DNA of 64,000 nucleotides from an uncultured delta proteobacterium (GTDB lineage Bacteria; Desulfobacterota; Syntrophorhabdia; Syntrophorhabdales; WCHB1-27): NCBI GenBank assembly GCA_963816715.1, contig CAWFMJ010000015.1, positions 290,108 to 354,107 of the forward strand, read 5' to 3'. Shown piece by piece: positions 12,001 to 16,950 of this stretch (position 1 is its first letter; each line of letters starts with the position of its first letter). The notes under the pieces were generated by a model. It saw only the letters and a program-made list of their open reading frames with translations, ran no database searches and was not told where the DNA came from. The position numbers and the translations under genes were made by a program.

Positions 12001-13128
12001 ACCCTGACGGCGGCAATGCCCGACACAGATGTGACCTACTACCAGAACAACAATATCGTCAACCCTGCGACGTTGATCGAAACGAGGAACGACGGGACGA
12101 ATGCCGGCGTCGACCACATCTACGCGGGGAACGGCAACAACATCATCCTTGCTTCCGCCGGCGACACGGTGAGCGCAGGCAACGGCAACAACACCATCAT
12201 AGCCGGCTACGGTCAGATTACCAAAACGTCCGCCGGCGTTGTCACGAGCATCAAGAGCGCAAGCCCCGCAGAGAACGTGGGCGACACGATCAACGTGGGC
12301 AATGGCAACAACACCATCATCGGCGCAGCCGGCAACAACACGATCACCGCAGAGAACGGCAATAATATCATCATCGGCGACGACGGCACGGTACAGTACG
12401 ACTCCACGGGCGCCGTCTCTTCGATCACGCCGACCGATGTGTCTGTCGGGGGCAACAACACGATCACGGCGGGTGACGGCGCCAACGTCATCATCGGCGG
12501 GTCGGGGACGAACACGATCACCACGGGCAACGGCAACAGCACCATATTCGGCAACAACGGAACGGTCGCCTATCAATCCGCCGGCGTGTTCTCTTCGGCG
12601 ACCGCGATCGACCCGACCATCGGGGCCAGCAACACGATCGTCGCTGGAAACGGCGCCAACGTCATCTTCGGCGGGACCGGATCTGACGTGATTAAGGCGG
12701 GCAACGGCGCCAACGTCATCATCGGCGACGACGGCACGGTGCAGTACGACTCCACGGGCGCCGTCTCTTCAATTACGACCACCGATGTGACCGTCGGAGG
12801 GAACAACAGTGTCACCGCAGGCAACGGCGCCAACATCATTTTCGGCGGCTTTGGAACGAATGCCATTATCGCAGGAGACGGCAACAACATCATCTTCGGT
12901 CACAATGGAACCGTAGCCTATCAGTCCGCAGGCGTGCTCTCTTCAGTGACCACGACCAACCCGACTATCGGCGGCAACGACACGATCACTGCAGGCAACG
13001 GCAACGACACGATCTTCGGCGGCGACGGATCGGATACGATCACTGCAGGCAACGGCAACAACATCATCTTTGGCGACGACGGTCAAATTCAGTACTTCGC
13101 TTCGGGCGCCCGAGCCTCATTCAGATGA
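1..13128 (+). CDS. Giant repetitive secreted adhesin-like protein with RTX-type (GGxGxDxUx-like) calcium-binding repeats. The 5' end lies outside the window, and this is the portion before a frameshift.
   Basis: Frame 1 is open from nt 1 (no stop before the GTG at 145 that the ORF track uses), so the gene starts upstream. It is 4,327+ aa with almost no Cys and is very rich in T/G/S/N/D/A. It has long internal tandem modules, and aa ~3900-4327 carry dozens of 'AGNGNNIIFG / GGxGTNxIxxG' nonapeptide-like repeats typical of type-1-secreted RTX beta-roll proteins. Confidence 0.85.
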   Translation, partial: AQSTAGSGGLIAASGAASSVEDTSTTQAYIENATSAANKSTFDTASLTVSASHTAQFDSQANSTEASLVGGSGASGTNTIDTTVDAFIGDYTNVATDNLNVTATSTTLKNMSMPNAWSTWDIQAGSGGAIAGSAAQSITNISNDTEATIGDSVTIDVVGSLSDPGAFVVSAYNDVEASDWVDLDAGGAIAYAGATSEILVDNNNPNNLPTALASLGNNDVISTVGDLDLEAYTKGILDVEPKAHTYGLAAAASIDAEALMHENDAVNVGTGTNVLAMGNLNLLAGANHTGTENYFNITSHGDELNASAIPINELQSHGEVVQNNTVYIGAGSDLQTAQDANLTAETMGTDEVTAYGEGKDWMSDLAADINSLGTPIPATMQGGTQTVTTTGTVTVNGTVEVGVDGQKTLVINQDGTIAQQTGGITFTTSTESEANDLMMEYEYWTSMVTVYGAGSTAGQAYQQQADYVAAEMTALGLSATNGSTTAYLTSYAVPYITVDAIDAQEGTINVIGTSLAVNGTLDASGNVSVDIENNSPDFLRIEGIDISSSAGGQVLFNYNAITSLQGLTNVSGSGTLSVAGSAGATTPTITIKSNFGASDEIGNYAHCQTPNVELSGDISNMLGSVTIYSAGSVIENANTDAGTISITAGGSYVQNYSNALSSIGGGDPAAQAVWTQVLEDAIADWNGNFLYGMIGVLSSSNDTNAQFQADLAAALAASAPTSSSIVAGENVFIAAEYLNIDGTVQSGQPQQTVTILNNAATQTYISNANSVYAAEQAGSTSYANRLINQDGLTTSDGIHFKLATQSGDTITAYYNAQTQQIDLAPVTVQGGYMQLYGDIASTGNGQLNVLDGYGTVSITNDTSYALVTNTIETGQGAAGKLIITDTAYTADVNGQDLPLTTEYTRVNGEVTTETYYLSSTGAKLDDTTVSSGSVGRTAVYTPLSGQRYYWTEGEDFMTTTTDTYSASAWLGISAFYSPSNIVSSDTVVTKGLHLESGAYIATDSSDTSAYDFSMQQFQTSAPTTVDSPVQESSTWYGKTTYTSTQTTYDGYEDIYTSSIKADSPINIDFIGSDSGSVTISSPNSSVIVDGAIQNATGTTSISAGGQVEQGSATASVGGANITLAAGSGIGATGALDVNLTKSSGVLNATSTTGDIDIDDPNGSLTIDTISTSQTDGDITITAAENIFASSTSSLITGGAITLTATDGEIGSFGTNGTYDDPASDALPIDIDTGTDATHDMLTATAFGNIYIIQPTGNLLVQDITTNGDVRVEVPNGNIANSNTDVVVDTRTWNELLSMYDQMEATGSAAQTSINDTILAYNAGQTQDYLTYWTYRNQQSNDYVGGLTDGQTYYVVQVDSTHIGLATTAGGTPVSIMASTDPGDGAAEQRLYTGSGTYVTFDDSSSTINNTNSTIAMSGITGGTLTAGEEVTFERYVPYSDSQTVTLSAAQQTAYTTYYTQQGTAQGLSGSALTSYVNNAIQTLENQETQEYHTLNQTWGSVGDFYDPTFSYSSGYSVAKFAGYSVANFDSSSVTGNVINVGANAFTTGEAVTYEESGAAAGATNGNLVVGNTYYVIAGVGGNANDISLADSAADATAGNAITLGTITGSANYVYGTSPSVTGNVINVGANAFTTGEAVTYEESGAAAGATNGNLVVGNTYYVIAGVGGNANDISLADSAADATAGNAITLGTITGSANYLSGGPSSDALHNAFGASAVAGNTINVGANAYTTGEEVVYENGQAAGATNGNLVVGQTYYVIKDSTDTISLADSATDASEGNALAIGSITGSGNFFSDGAVLAQRAAWSQAQLQESFNANILAPSTATSTQYATETDITARNVYLKASNAPSNTSAGNIGVSEGTLTINLPLSSDNLSTAQEVALAAAEPEDITFYTGSNGTGSVINLNSLPSGETVAEALAKAGSLTVNEIKPVDVVAAGTLIFTGTGNVNVGSTGNMNLESVTAGNEARLTAGGNLVDARTDSSAVVEAGGNVVLEGGNGYIGTASNPFIIALSTGSLTASAAEDIYITETSYEGTTYSMNVAHVFSDNDVYLTTQGSILDYYGVNDQPEWEIGAQSADLQAGGGIGASNNYVGMELTDGTITANAKGSIYLSQYSGDMDVKLVDSATGDVGLSAAGNLLDASGGVAAAVIGKNVTLQANSGSVNVASNGLAVAFDIQASGNLTASSFLDIYVTQMSGNLSLGTVATTQGTAYISAPTGEILNGLSSGDNITSGATYLFASGNIGTQANPITSATPSNAASAELQANSTTGGVYIVNKGALDITDVSGGGDAIEAGGSVDITTHCVMTLTGQVTVGADGLGNLTLTEAGGTAGDFIHVEQGTDLTVSGNVTFIAEQDVLIDAGSTISAGGSVTIEGDQETAALVNATAANILVAGTITGSSLTIQGGAHDDIISLTNVQPGVPTTIETGTGNDTINIGSLATMTLNTGDVLGTIQAPLVIDGQGGTDTLNLDDSGDTANTSGDLTYNTLTGLGMADGITYSNIAALNISLGSGNDTFTIQSTDSGTTKLSTGAGTNTVNVQTISGATTIDDGSATDTINVGNVSSQTGQIGALLTVKGDVSDILNVTDAGDATGRTGTLTGSTITGLGMTGSIAYAGVQTLNISLGSGSDTFNVQSTDSATTNLNTGLGANEVDVHDASNTTNQINGLLTVTGNPGSDILNVTDAGDATGRTGTLTGSTITGLGMTGSIAYAGIETLNVSLGSGNDTFTVQSTDVNVTNLHTGAGSNTVNVQTISGATTIYDQSTTDTINVGSLSNQTGQIGALLTVKGDASDTLNVTDSGDSANGVSGDLTSSTITGLDMATGIDYSGVATLNIHLGTGNNAFAIDSTSAATNNLYTGVGTESNTVNVHEIDNATNIYDGSKSDTIYVSDTSNTTSHIEALLTVNGAGGANNGDTLNVTDTSDGGNIWGNLTSSAITGNFFGTGGSVDYSGVATLNISLGSGNDTFTIQSTNQSTTSNLSAGAGNNTIYVQTIASTTLVQTGNGNNAIDVYDGSNTTDQVSGSLTIAAGTGNNTLNVTDTGDATGRSGNLTASTLTGLGMAEGITYTGITTLNISLPLTAQNNFTISNTDTTTTNLTGGNAGDTITIYQVSGLTNVQDGSGDDTITKLGYADSATLNIDGGLGNNTVNVSYAGGSSNDLINVTDAKEAPTPITLSSAGSGSSQELTPVVANQTFNAASTANGGSVNIANSTIEIANADTLYYTGETVRYLNDGTNASSVGGLNNGQVYYVIVTGQNTIQLALTLENALKATPVSIAFTGYGTGTNSLVVPSSTPTTFNGATAVSLANNTITIDSHGFLTGEEVTYEDGGGTAIGGLVNGQTYYVIVVDANTIQLSTTAPSAGTTLNIYGTNQTENLLLRATSNPTSSGPNGTGFVAALNGGTDYEMVTYTSSISNLIVNTGNGNDTVTLDDNRIETLINAGTGTDTFQIGQIFQSARNTSSNVLIDAFTTTLTTRGYLSNGVSYDTTITGGVGTNAGADTFTVYRNLATLDLVGGTGNDTFIVQSFVTEASVLSRVNTGSASNNIQYVTNADLEIDGGAGINTLEIIGTEFDDDFVITDQAIYGVGRTIDFQNIQNLIIDGGAGDNTFYILSTPASCNVELWGGLGNSTFIIAGSSAVLPAGFNAVGANDVSVNLATLQQQPTDNLSCIEGNLTIQGGPSPGSVVGTNAPTMLPGETNIPSQDGTVQAFSGTGVAGATTDTMTVETADLQTKANTLGFTTLSQFAGQTIEIVSGSGVGRFWLITGVTQSASDPALTTLTLQDPAELSAQWTTLPTSGSVYAINGLSQSYFVNTASLVNVMSVYDDQASTSTGSLVGKGSQGMELTGLDMGGTFDYSDMDTVQFYLGTNVTNFTVSGSLETGTPDSSGGYGQTLTSITTVSESATPVTDTFNIDLDDSIAGLFALNMEGGADNYVYAMNSTLPLVIFGGEGSNTIYGGQGGDTIFGHEGLIDYTDDAGDVITRLGLDFSEQTNNTLNRGQTLTAAMPDTDVTYYQNNNIVNPATLIETRNDGTNAGVDHIYAGNGNNIILASAGDTVSAGNGNNTIIAGYGQITKTSAGVVTSIKSASPAENVGDTINVGNGNNTIIGAAGNNTITAENGNNIIIGDDGTVQYDSTGAVSSITPTDVSVGGNNTITAGDGANVIIGGSGTNTITTGNGNSTIFGNNGTVAYQSAGVFSSATAIDPTIGASNTIVAGNGANVIFGGTGSDVIKAGNGANVIIGDDGTVQYDSTGAVSSITTTDVTVGGNNSVTAGNGANIIFGGFGTNAIIAGDGNNIIFGHNGTVAYQSAGVLSSVTTTNPTIGGNDTITAGNGNDTIFGGDGSDTITAGNGNNIIFGDDGQIQYFASGARASFR
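4594..5376 (+). repeat. Intragenic tandem repeat. Two near-perfect ~261-nt (87-aa) copies lie at about 4594-4854 and 4855-5115, with identical nucleotides over ~243 nt. A third diverged copy sits at about 5130-5376.
   Basis: 'VTGNVINVGANAFTTGEAVTYEESGAAAGATNGNLVVGNTYYVIAGVGGNANDISLADSAADATAGNAITLGTITGSANY' occurs twice with identical DNA. The third copy is 'TINVGANAYTTGEEVVYENGQAAGATNGNLVVGQTYYVIKDSTDTISLADSATDASEGNALAIGSITGSGNF'. Related 'GQTYYVI..NTIQL' motifs recur at about 4030, 9720 and 10020. Confidence 0.9.
7380..9250 (+). repeat. Array of about six tandem ~96-aa modules inside the giant gene, read with near-identical DNA between some copies (unit 'LNVTDxGDATGRTGTLTGSTITGLGMTGSIAYAGxxTLNISLGSGNDTFTxQSTDxxTTNLxTG').
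   Basis: Long identical nucleotide strings recur, for example 'tccgacatcctcaacgtgaccgacgcgggcgacgcgacgggccgcacgggaaccctcaccggttccacgatcaccggcctcggcatgacggggagcatagcttacgccgg' at ~7741 and ~8039. Protein motifs 'TLNISLGSGNDTFTIQSTD' and 'QTGQIGALLTVKGD' are repeated. Confidence 0.85.
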
Positions 13129-13700
13129 CGGACCTGCAGATTGCAGCAAACAATACCATTACGGTCGGCAACGGCAACAACATCATCTTCGGCGGCTCGG
13201 GGAAAAACACGATCGTTGCCGGTCTTGCCGGCACTGGCAGCAACATCATCTTTGGAAGCAACGGTGAGGTCTCTTACCTGTCGCCCAATGCGCTCGACAC
13301 GGCGCAGACGATAGACTCGGGCATCGGCGGCGACGATGTAATTACCGCAGGCAACGGCAGCAACTACGTGTTCGGCGGATACGGGAGCGACTCGATCAGT
13401 CTGGGCGGCGTCACGTCTCCAAATCCCAGCCAGTCGAGCGCGAGCATCGTCGTCGCCCATAACGGCCTCATAGATTTCGATCCCGCCACCAACCTGCCCA
13501 AGACGGTCTACTCGGTCGATAATGCCACAGGAGGCAACGCCACCGTTCATACGGCTGCCGGCAACAACGTGATCATCGGAGGCGCCGGCAACAACTGGCT
13601 CTACGGCGGCACGGGCAACGACGTTATTTTCGGCGCCGGCGGCAGGGTCGACTGGATCGCCGGCACGGAGATCATCCAGAGCATCGACCTCCGGGAAGGC
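11830..13700 (+). repeat. Block of RTX-type nonapeptide-like calcium-binding repeats (beta-roll), in register across the frameshift.
   Basis: Recurrent 'GNGNNIIFG', 'AGNGANVIFGGTGSDVI', 'GGAGNNWLYGGTGNDVIFGAGG' and 'GGGGRDIMIGGIG'. The unit 'IIGDDGTVQYDSTGAVSSITxTDVxVGGNNxxTAGNGANxIFGG' is repeated three or more times. Confidence 0.8.
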
Positions 13701-14516
13701 GGAAACGACTTCCTGAGCGGCGGCGGCGGAAGAGATATCATGATTGGCGGCATCGGCAAGACCTCTTTCGTGGGGAGCTTTACCACCGACATCATGATCG
13801 GCCGGTTCGCCTACATCGTCGAGGTAGGCGGCAGGGTAAAAGAGGTTGACTGCTTCTGGTTCGGCGACGACCCTCTGGCAAACCCGCTTTCTTCGCTCTA
13901 CAGCACAGAAGCGGCCGGATCGGGCGCGGTGGCCGTGAGACCGATCACACCGCCGGCTGCCTGGGGAACGGGACTCGTCGGAGTCGAGATCGAAGTGGGC
14001 GGCGCTTCCGGCCTCCTGGCGCTGAACTCCACCGCTCTAGACCTGCAGGCGCAGCAGCAGGAACAGTCGAGCCACCCGGGTTCCTACATGGTTCAAAACA
14101 CTCCTCCTGCCAATGAACCCGAGTCTCAGCCGGAACAGCAGGCGCCGGGGTCAGGGTCGGGACCTCAGGAACAACAAGAACAGCCGGGGGCGCCTGGTCA
14201 GGGGCAGCAATCGAACCAACCGCCGGCAGGAGACAACGACCAGAGCAATCCGCCTCCCGAGGGGCAGAACCGGCACAACCAGCAGATCAATGTCAAAGGG
14301 GCCCTTGCCAAGGGCAAGACGGATAAACTGCATCCGGCCCTCGAGGGTTTCGTTGCCTTCGGCGCGGCAGCCGCCGTGGGCGCCGGCAAGGACGTGCGTA
14401 TCGACCGGGAGGGGTTTAAGAGACTGAAGGAAGAGCAGAGAAGGCGCCGTTTTCTGCCGTGGTTCGGCGGCAAGGTGACCGATAAAAACCACGACCGGAT
14501 GAGCACGGTCAAATAA
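13125..14516 (+). CDS. C-terminal continuation of the giant RTX-like protein, read in the -1 frame (frame 3). It carries more RTX-like repeats, a Gln/Pro/Glu-rich low-complexity linker, and a C-terminal hydrophobic Ala/Gly stretch followed by a poly-Arg/Lys tail.
   Basis: Frame 3 is open upstream of the ATG at 13125 back to at least 13083. Its N-terminus 'IQMTDLQIAANNTITVGNGNNIIFGG' continues the preceding repeat unit exactly where frame 1 stops ('...GDDGQIQYFASGARAS'). Compare the earlier unit 'GDDGTVQYDSTGAVSSITTTDVTVGGNN'. The protein ends '...EGFVAFGAAAAVGAGKDVRIDREGFKRLKEEQRRRRFLPWFGGKVTDKNHDRMSTVK'. Confidence 0.75.
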   Translation: MTDLQIAANNTITVGNGNNIIFGGSGKNTIVAGLAGTGSNIIFGSNGEVSYLSPNALDTAQTIDSGIGGDDVITAGNGSNYVFGGYGSDSISLGGVTSPNPSQSSASIVVAHNGLIDFDPATNLPKTVYSVDNATGGNATVHTAAGNNVIIGGAGNNWLYGGTGNDVIFGAGGRVDWIAGTEIIQSIDLREGGNDFLSGGGGRDIMIGGIGKTSFVGSFTTDIMIGRFAYIVEVGGRVKEVDCFWFGDDPLANPLSSLYSTEAAGSGAVAVRPITPPAAWGTGLVGVEIEVGGASGLLALNSTALDLQAQQQEQSSHPGSYMVQNTPPANEPESQPEQQAPGSGSGPQEQQEQPGAPGQGQQSNQPPAGDNDQSNPPPEGQNRHNQQINVKGALAKGKTDKLHPALEGFVAFGAAAAVGAGKDVRIDREGFKRLKEEQRRRRFLPWFGGKVTDKNHDRMSTVK

Positions 14517-14517
14517 G

Positions 14518-14547
14518 TTGACGCAGAAGCCCTTTATCGGTTACAAT
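14518..14547 (+). promoter_or_regulatory. Sigma70-like promoter (TTGACG-17 nt-TACAAT) immediately after the giant gene stop codon, preceding the 14647 gene.
   Basis: 'TTGACGcagaagccctttatcggtTACAAT'. A strong RBS 'GGGAGGGG' lies 6 nt before the ATG at 14647. Confidence 0.5.
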
Positions 14548-14646
14548 AGCGTCTGTCTTTGTTATACGCATAGTTTCTGAACGGGCGCCGAGGGCCGATA
14601 ACCGGGGCGACGATGGCCCCGGCAATCCGAAACGGGAGGGGAATTA

Positions 14647-15012
14647 ATGGCACACGCAAACGGCAAGGATGAAGATACGGCAAAGAAACAGGATGCCGCC
14701 AGGCAGGAAGCCCCAAAACAAGAAGCCGCGAAACAGGATGGGACCGTCAGGATACGCTGGGACGATTCCAATCTGAAGACGTCTTATGCAAATGTCTGCA
14801 ATGTATCGTCAACGCGGGAGGAGGTAACCATCCTCTTCGGTACGAATCAGACGTGGCAGACCGGTCAGAACGAGCTGGCGGTCCAGTTGACCGACCGCGT
14901 CATTCTCAATGCTTTCGCAGCAAAACGCCTTTCCCTTCTCCTCAACCGGATCGTTGCCGACTACGAGGCACGGTTTGGCGCCCTCGACATTGAGGCAGGA
15001 GGTCCGAAGTAG
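14647..15012 (+). CDS. Small conserved hypothetical protein (121 aa). It has an N-terminal K/Q/A-rich low-complexity segment and, from memory, resembles DUF3467-type small proteins.
   Basis: Good RBS and ATG. The core 'VRIRWDDSNLKTSYANVCNVSSTREEVTILFG...RLSLLLNRIVADYEARFG' fits the DUF3467-type pattern (YAN...S.EE..L.FG ... YE..FG). Confidence 0.6.
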   Translation: MAHANGKDEDTAKKQDAARQEAPKQEAAKQDGTVRIRWDDSNLKTSYANVCNVSSTREEVTILFGTNQTWQTGQNELAVQLTDRVILNAFAAKRLSLLLNRIVADYEARFGALDIEAGGPK

Positions 15013-15099
15013 AAGATCGCCTCCTCCTCCACATTTTGCCGATGAGAAGTATGAAAAAGTGCATTCGATCCTGGGGCGATCCGCTTCGGAGAACCCGCA

Positions 15100-16950
15100 A
15101 TGAATGAAGAACCGACCGGGGAAGGAGGCGAGGAGGGGAGGTCTGCCTTATGGGCGGACATGGTTGCCGCGCGCGGCTTCGAGGAGTACTCGCAAAGCTG
15201 GCTCGCCCTCCAGTCTTCGCTGATCGACGGCGCCCTCCAGGCCGTCCTCGTGCTCAAGGAGGAACGGGGCGAGGCGTTTGCGCCTGTCGCCTTTTGGTCC
15301 GCCAGCCCTGAATCGGACGGCGAACGGCTTGCCGAAGTGGCAGAGAACGTCCTCCAACAGGCCCGCCCCCTGTTGACGGAGCTGCCCCGGGACGGACAAC
15401 GCCTTCGCAGGTTTGGGGTGGCCTATCCCCTCGTCTTCGACGGTCAGCTCCACGGCGTGGCGGCTGTCGAAGTCGCAGCCGGCTCGGAGGGGGAGTTGAG
15501 GCCCGCCATGGAGCATCTCCAGTGGGGCGTGCCTCTGCTGGAGCTTTTCTTTCGAAGAGAACAAACGCAGGAAGAGGGGGCCGCTATCTCGCGCCTCCGC
15601 TCCGCAATCGACCTGCTCGCCGACGTTCTCGCGGAGGAGAAGTTCGACGCCTCCTGCATGACCTTCGTCACCGGCATCGCCGCGCGCCTTTCCTGCGACC
15701 GCGTGAGCCTCGGCTTCGCCAAACAGCATAAGGTGCGCATTCAGGCCATATCGCACAGCGCCCTTTTCGACAAGCGGACGGCCTTTATCCGTTCCCTGGG
15801 CGTGGCCATGGACGAAGCCATCCTCCAGGGCGCCGAAATCATCTACCCCCCGCCTCACGACGCGACCCCCCTCATCGTACGAAACCATGAAGCCTTCGCC
15901 GGGCAGTACGGGGTGAAGGCCATGCTCACCGTTCCGCTGTACGGCAACGGGCGCTACTATGGCGCGCTCACCTTGGAGAGGAACGGAGAAACGTTTTTCA
16001 GCGCCGACGACGTGAATCTCTGCAAGAGTATTTTTACGCTCGCGGCCCCTGCTCTCGAAGCGAAAAGAATGCAGAGCCTTCCCCTTCCGAGGCAGGTCTA
16101 CGACGCCACGCGGCGGGGGACGAAGCGGCTCATCGGCGCCGGCCACGTGGGAGCGAAGCTTCTCCTGATCCTCATCGCCGCCCTGATCGTTTTTTTCAGC
16201 TTTGCATCGGGCGAATACCGCATCACCGCAAGCGCCACCATAGAAGGCGCCCTTCGCCGCACCGTTGCCGCTCCATTCAAGGGGTATATCCGGGATGCGA
16301 GGGTCCGCAACGGCGACACGGTGCAGGAGGGGGCCGTCATGTGCACCCTCGACGATCGCGACCTGCGCCTCGAGAAAACGAATCTGTCCGGTCAGGAAAG
16401 CCAGCTCCTGAGACAACATCAGGAAGCCGTGGCGCTTCACGACTGGGCTAAGGCGAACGTCATCAAGGCCCAGCTCGACCAGGTTATCGCCCAGCTCGAC
16501 CTGACGGACATCAAGCTGCAGCGGGCCGGCATACGCGCCCCCTTCGACGGTCTCGTTCTCGCCGGGGACCTGAGCCAAAAGCTGGGATCGGCGGTCGAGG
16601 AAGGAGAGACCCTCTTCGAGGTTGCCCCGCTCACCGGCTACCGCCTCATCCTCCAGGTGAACGAGGCCGAGATAGCGCACGTGCGGGAGGGCGAAAAAGG
16701 CGTTCTTGCGCTTTCCGCGCTGCCCGATGCGTTCGGTTTCGTCGTCCGCAAGATCACGCCCCTGTCGACCGCCCAGGAAGGGAAAAACTGCTTCCGGGTG
16801 GAGGCCGTCCTCGACAAGACAACAAACGCGCTGAGGCCGGGAATGGAGGGCATAGGAAAGATATCCGTGGAACGGCGTAAGCTCGTATCCATTTGGACGC
16901 TCAAACTGCGCAACTGGTTCAGGCTCTGGTTCTGGTCGTGGCGGCCTTGA
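15100..16950 (+). CDS. GAF-domain-containing HlyD-family membrane fusion (periplasmic adaptor) protein. It has a cytoplasmic N-terminal sensor region, one TM helix and a C-terminal biotin-lipoyl/coiled-coil adaptor region.
   Basis: RBS 'GGAGA' before the ATG. The GAF-like segment is 'VSLGFAKQHKVRIQAISHSALFDKRTAFIRSLG...MLTVPLYGNGRYYGALTLER'. The TM helix is 'LLLILIAALIVFF'. The adaptor motifs are 'ITASATIEG...IRDARVRNGDTVQEGAVMCTLDDRDLRLEKTNL...LQRAGIRAPFDGLV'. Confidence 0.75.
   Translation: MNEEPTGEGGEEGRSALWADMVAARGFEEYSQSWLALQSSLIDGALQAVLVLKEERGEAFAPVAFWSASPESDGERLAEVAENVLQQARPLLTELPRDGQRLRRFGVAYPLVFDGQLHGVAAVEVAAGSEGELRPAMEHLQWGVPLLELFFRREQTQEEGAAISRLRSAIDLLADVLAEEKFDASCMTFVTGIAARLSCDRVSLGFAKQHKVRIQAISHSALFDKRTAFIRSLGVAMDEAILQGAEIIYPPPHDATPLIVRNHEAFAGQYGVKAMLTVPLYGNGRYYGALTLERNGETFFSADDVNLCKSIFTLAAPALEAKRMQSLPLPRQVYDATRRGTKRLIGAGHVGAKLLLILIAALIVFFSFASGEYRITASATIEGALRRTVAAPFKGYIRDARVRNGDTVQEGAVMCTLDDRDLRLEKTNLSGQESQLLRQHQEAVALHDWAKANVIKAQLDQVIAQLDLTDIKLQRAGIRAPFDGLVLAGDLSQKLGSAVEEGETLFEVAPLTGYRLILQVNEAEIAHVREGEKGVLALSALPDAFGFVVRKITPLSTAQEGKNCFRVEAVLDKTTNALRPGMEGIGKISVERRKLVSIWTLKLRNWFRLWFWSWRP

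Noticed and set aside
2755-12576. Many long antisense and alternate-frame ORFs inside the giant gene (e.g. 2755-3714, 4207-5406, 6819-7838, 8794-10062, 10162-10986 and 11818-12576 on the minus strand, and Arg/Pro-rich plus-frame ORFs).
   Set aside because: High-GC repetitive DNA gives long open frames by chance. Their products are low-complexity (Arg/Gly/Val-rich) with no motifs, and they are fully embedded in a strongly coding frame with coherent repeat structure.
15148-16680. A 510-aa minus-strand ORF antisense to the GAF-HlyD gene, and similar antisense ORFs over the SecA-like gene (19902-21023) and the M50-HlyD gene (18228-19301).
   Set aside because: They are antisense to genes with clear domain signatures. 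Their translations are Arg/Gly-rich and featureless.
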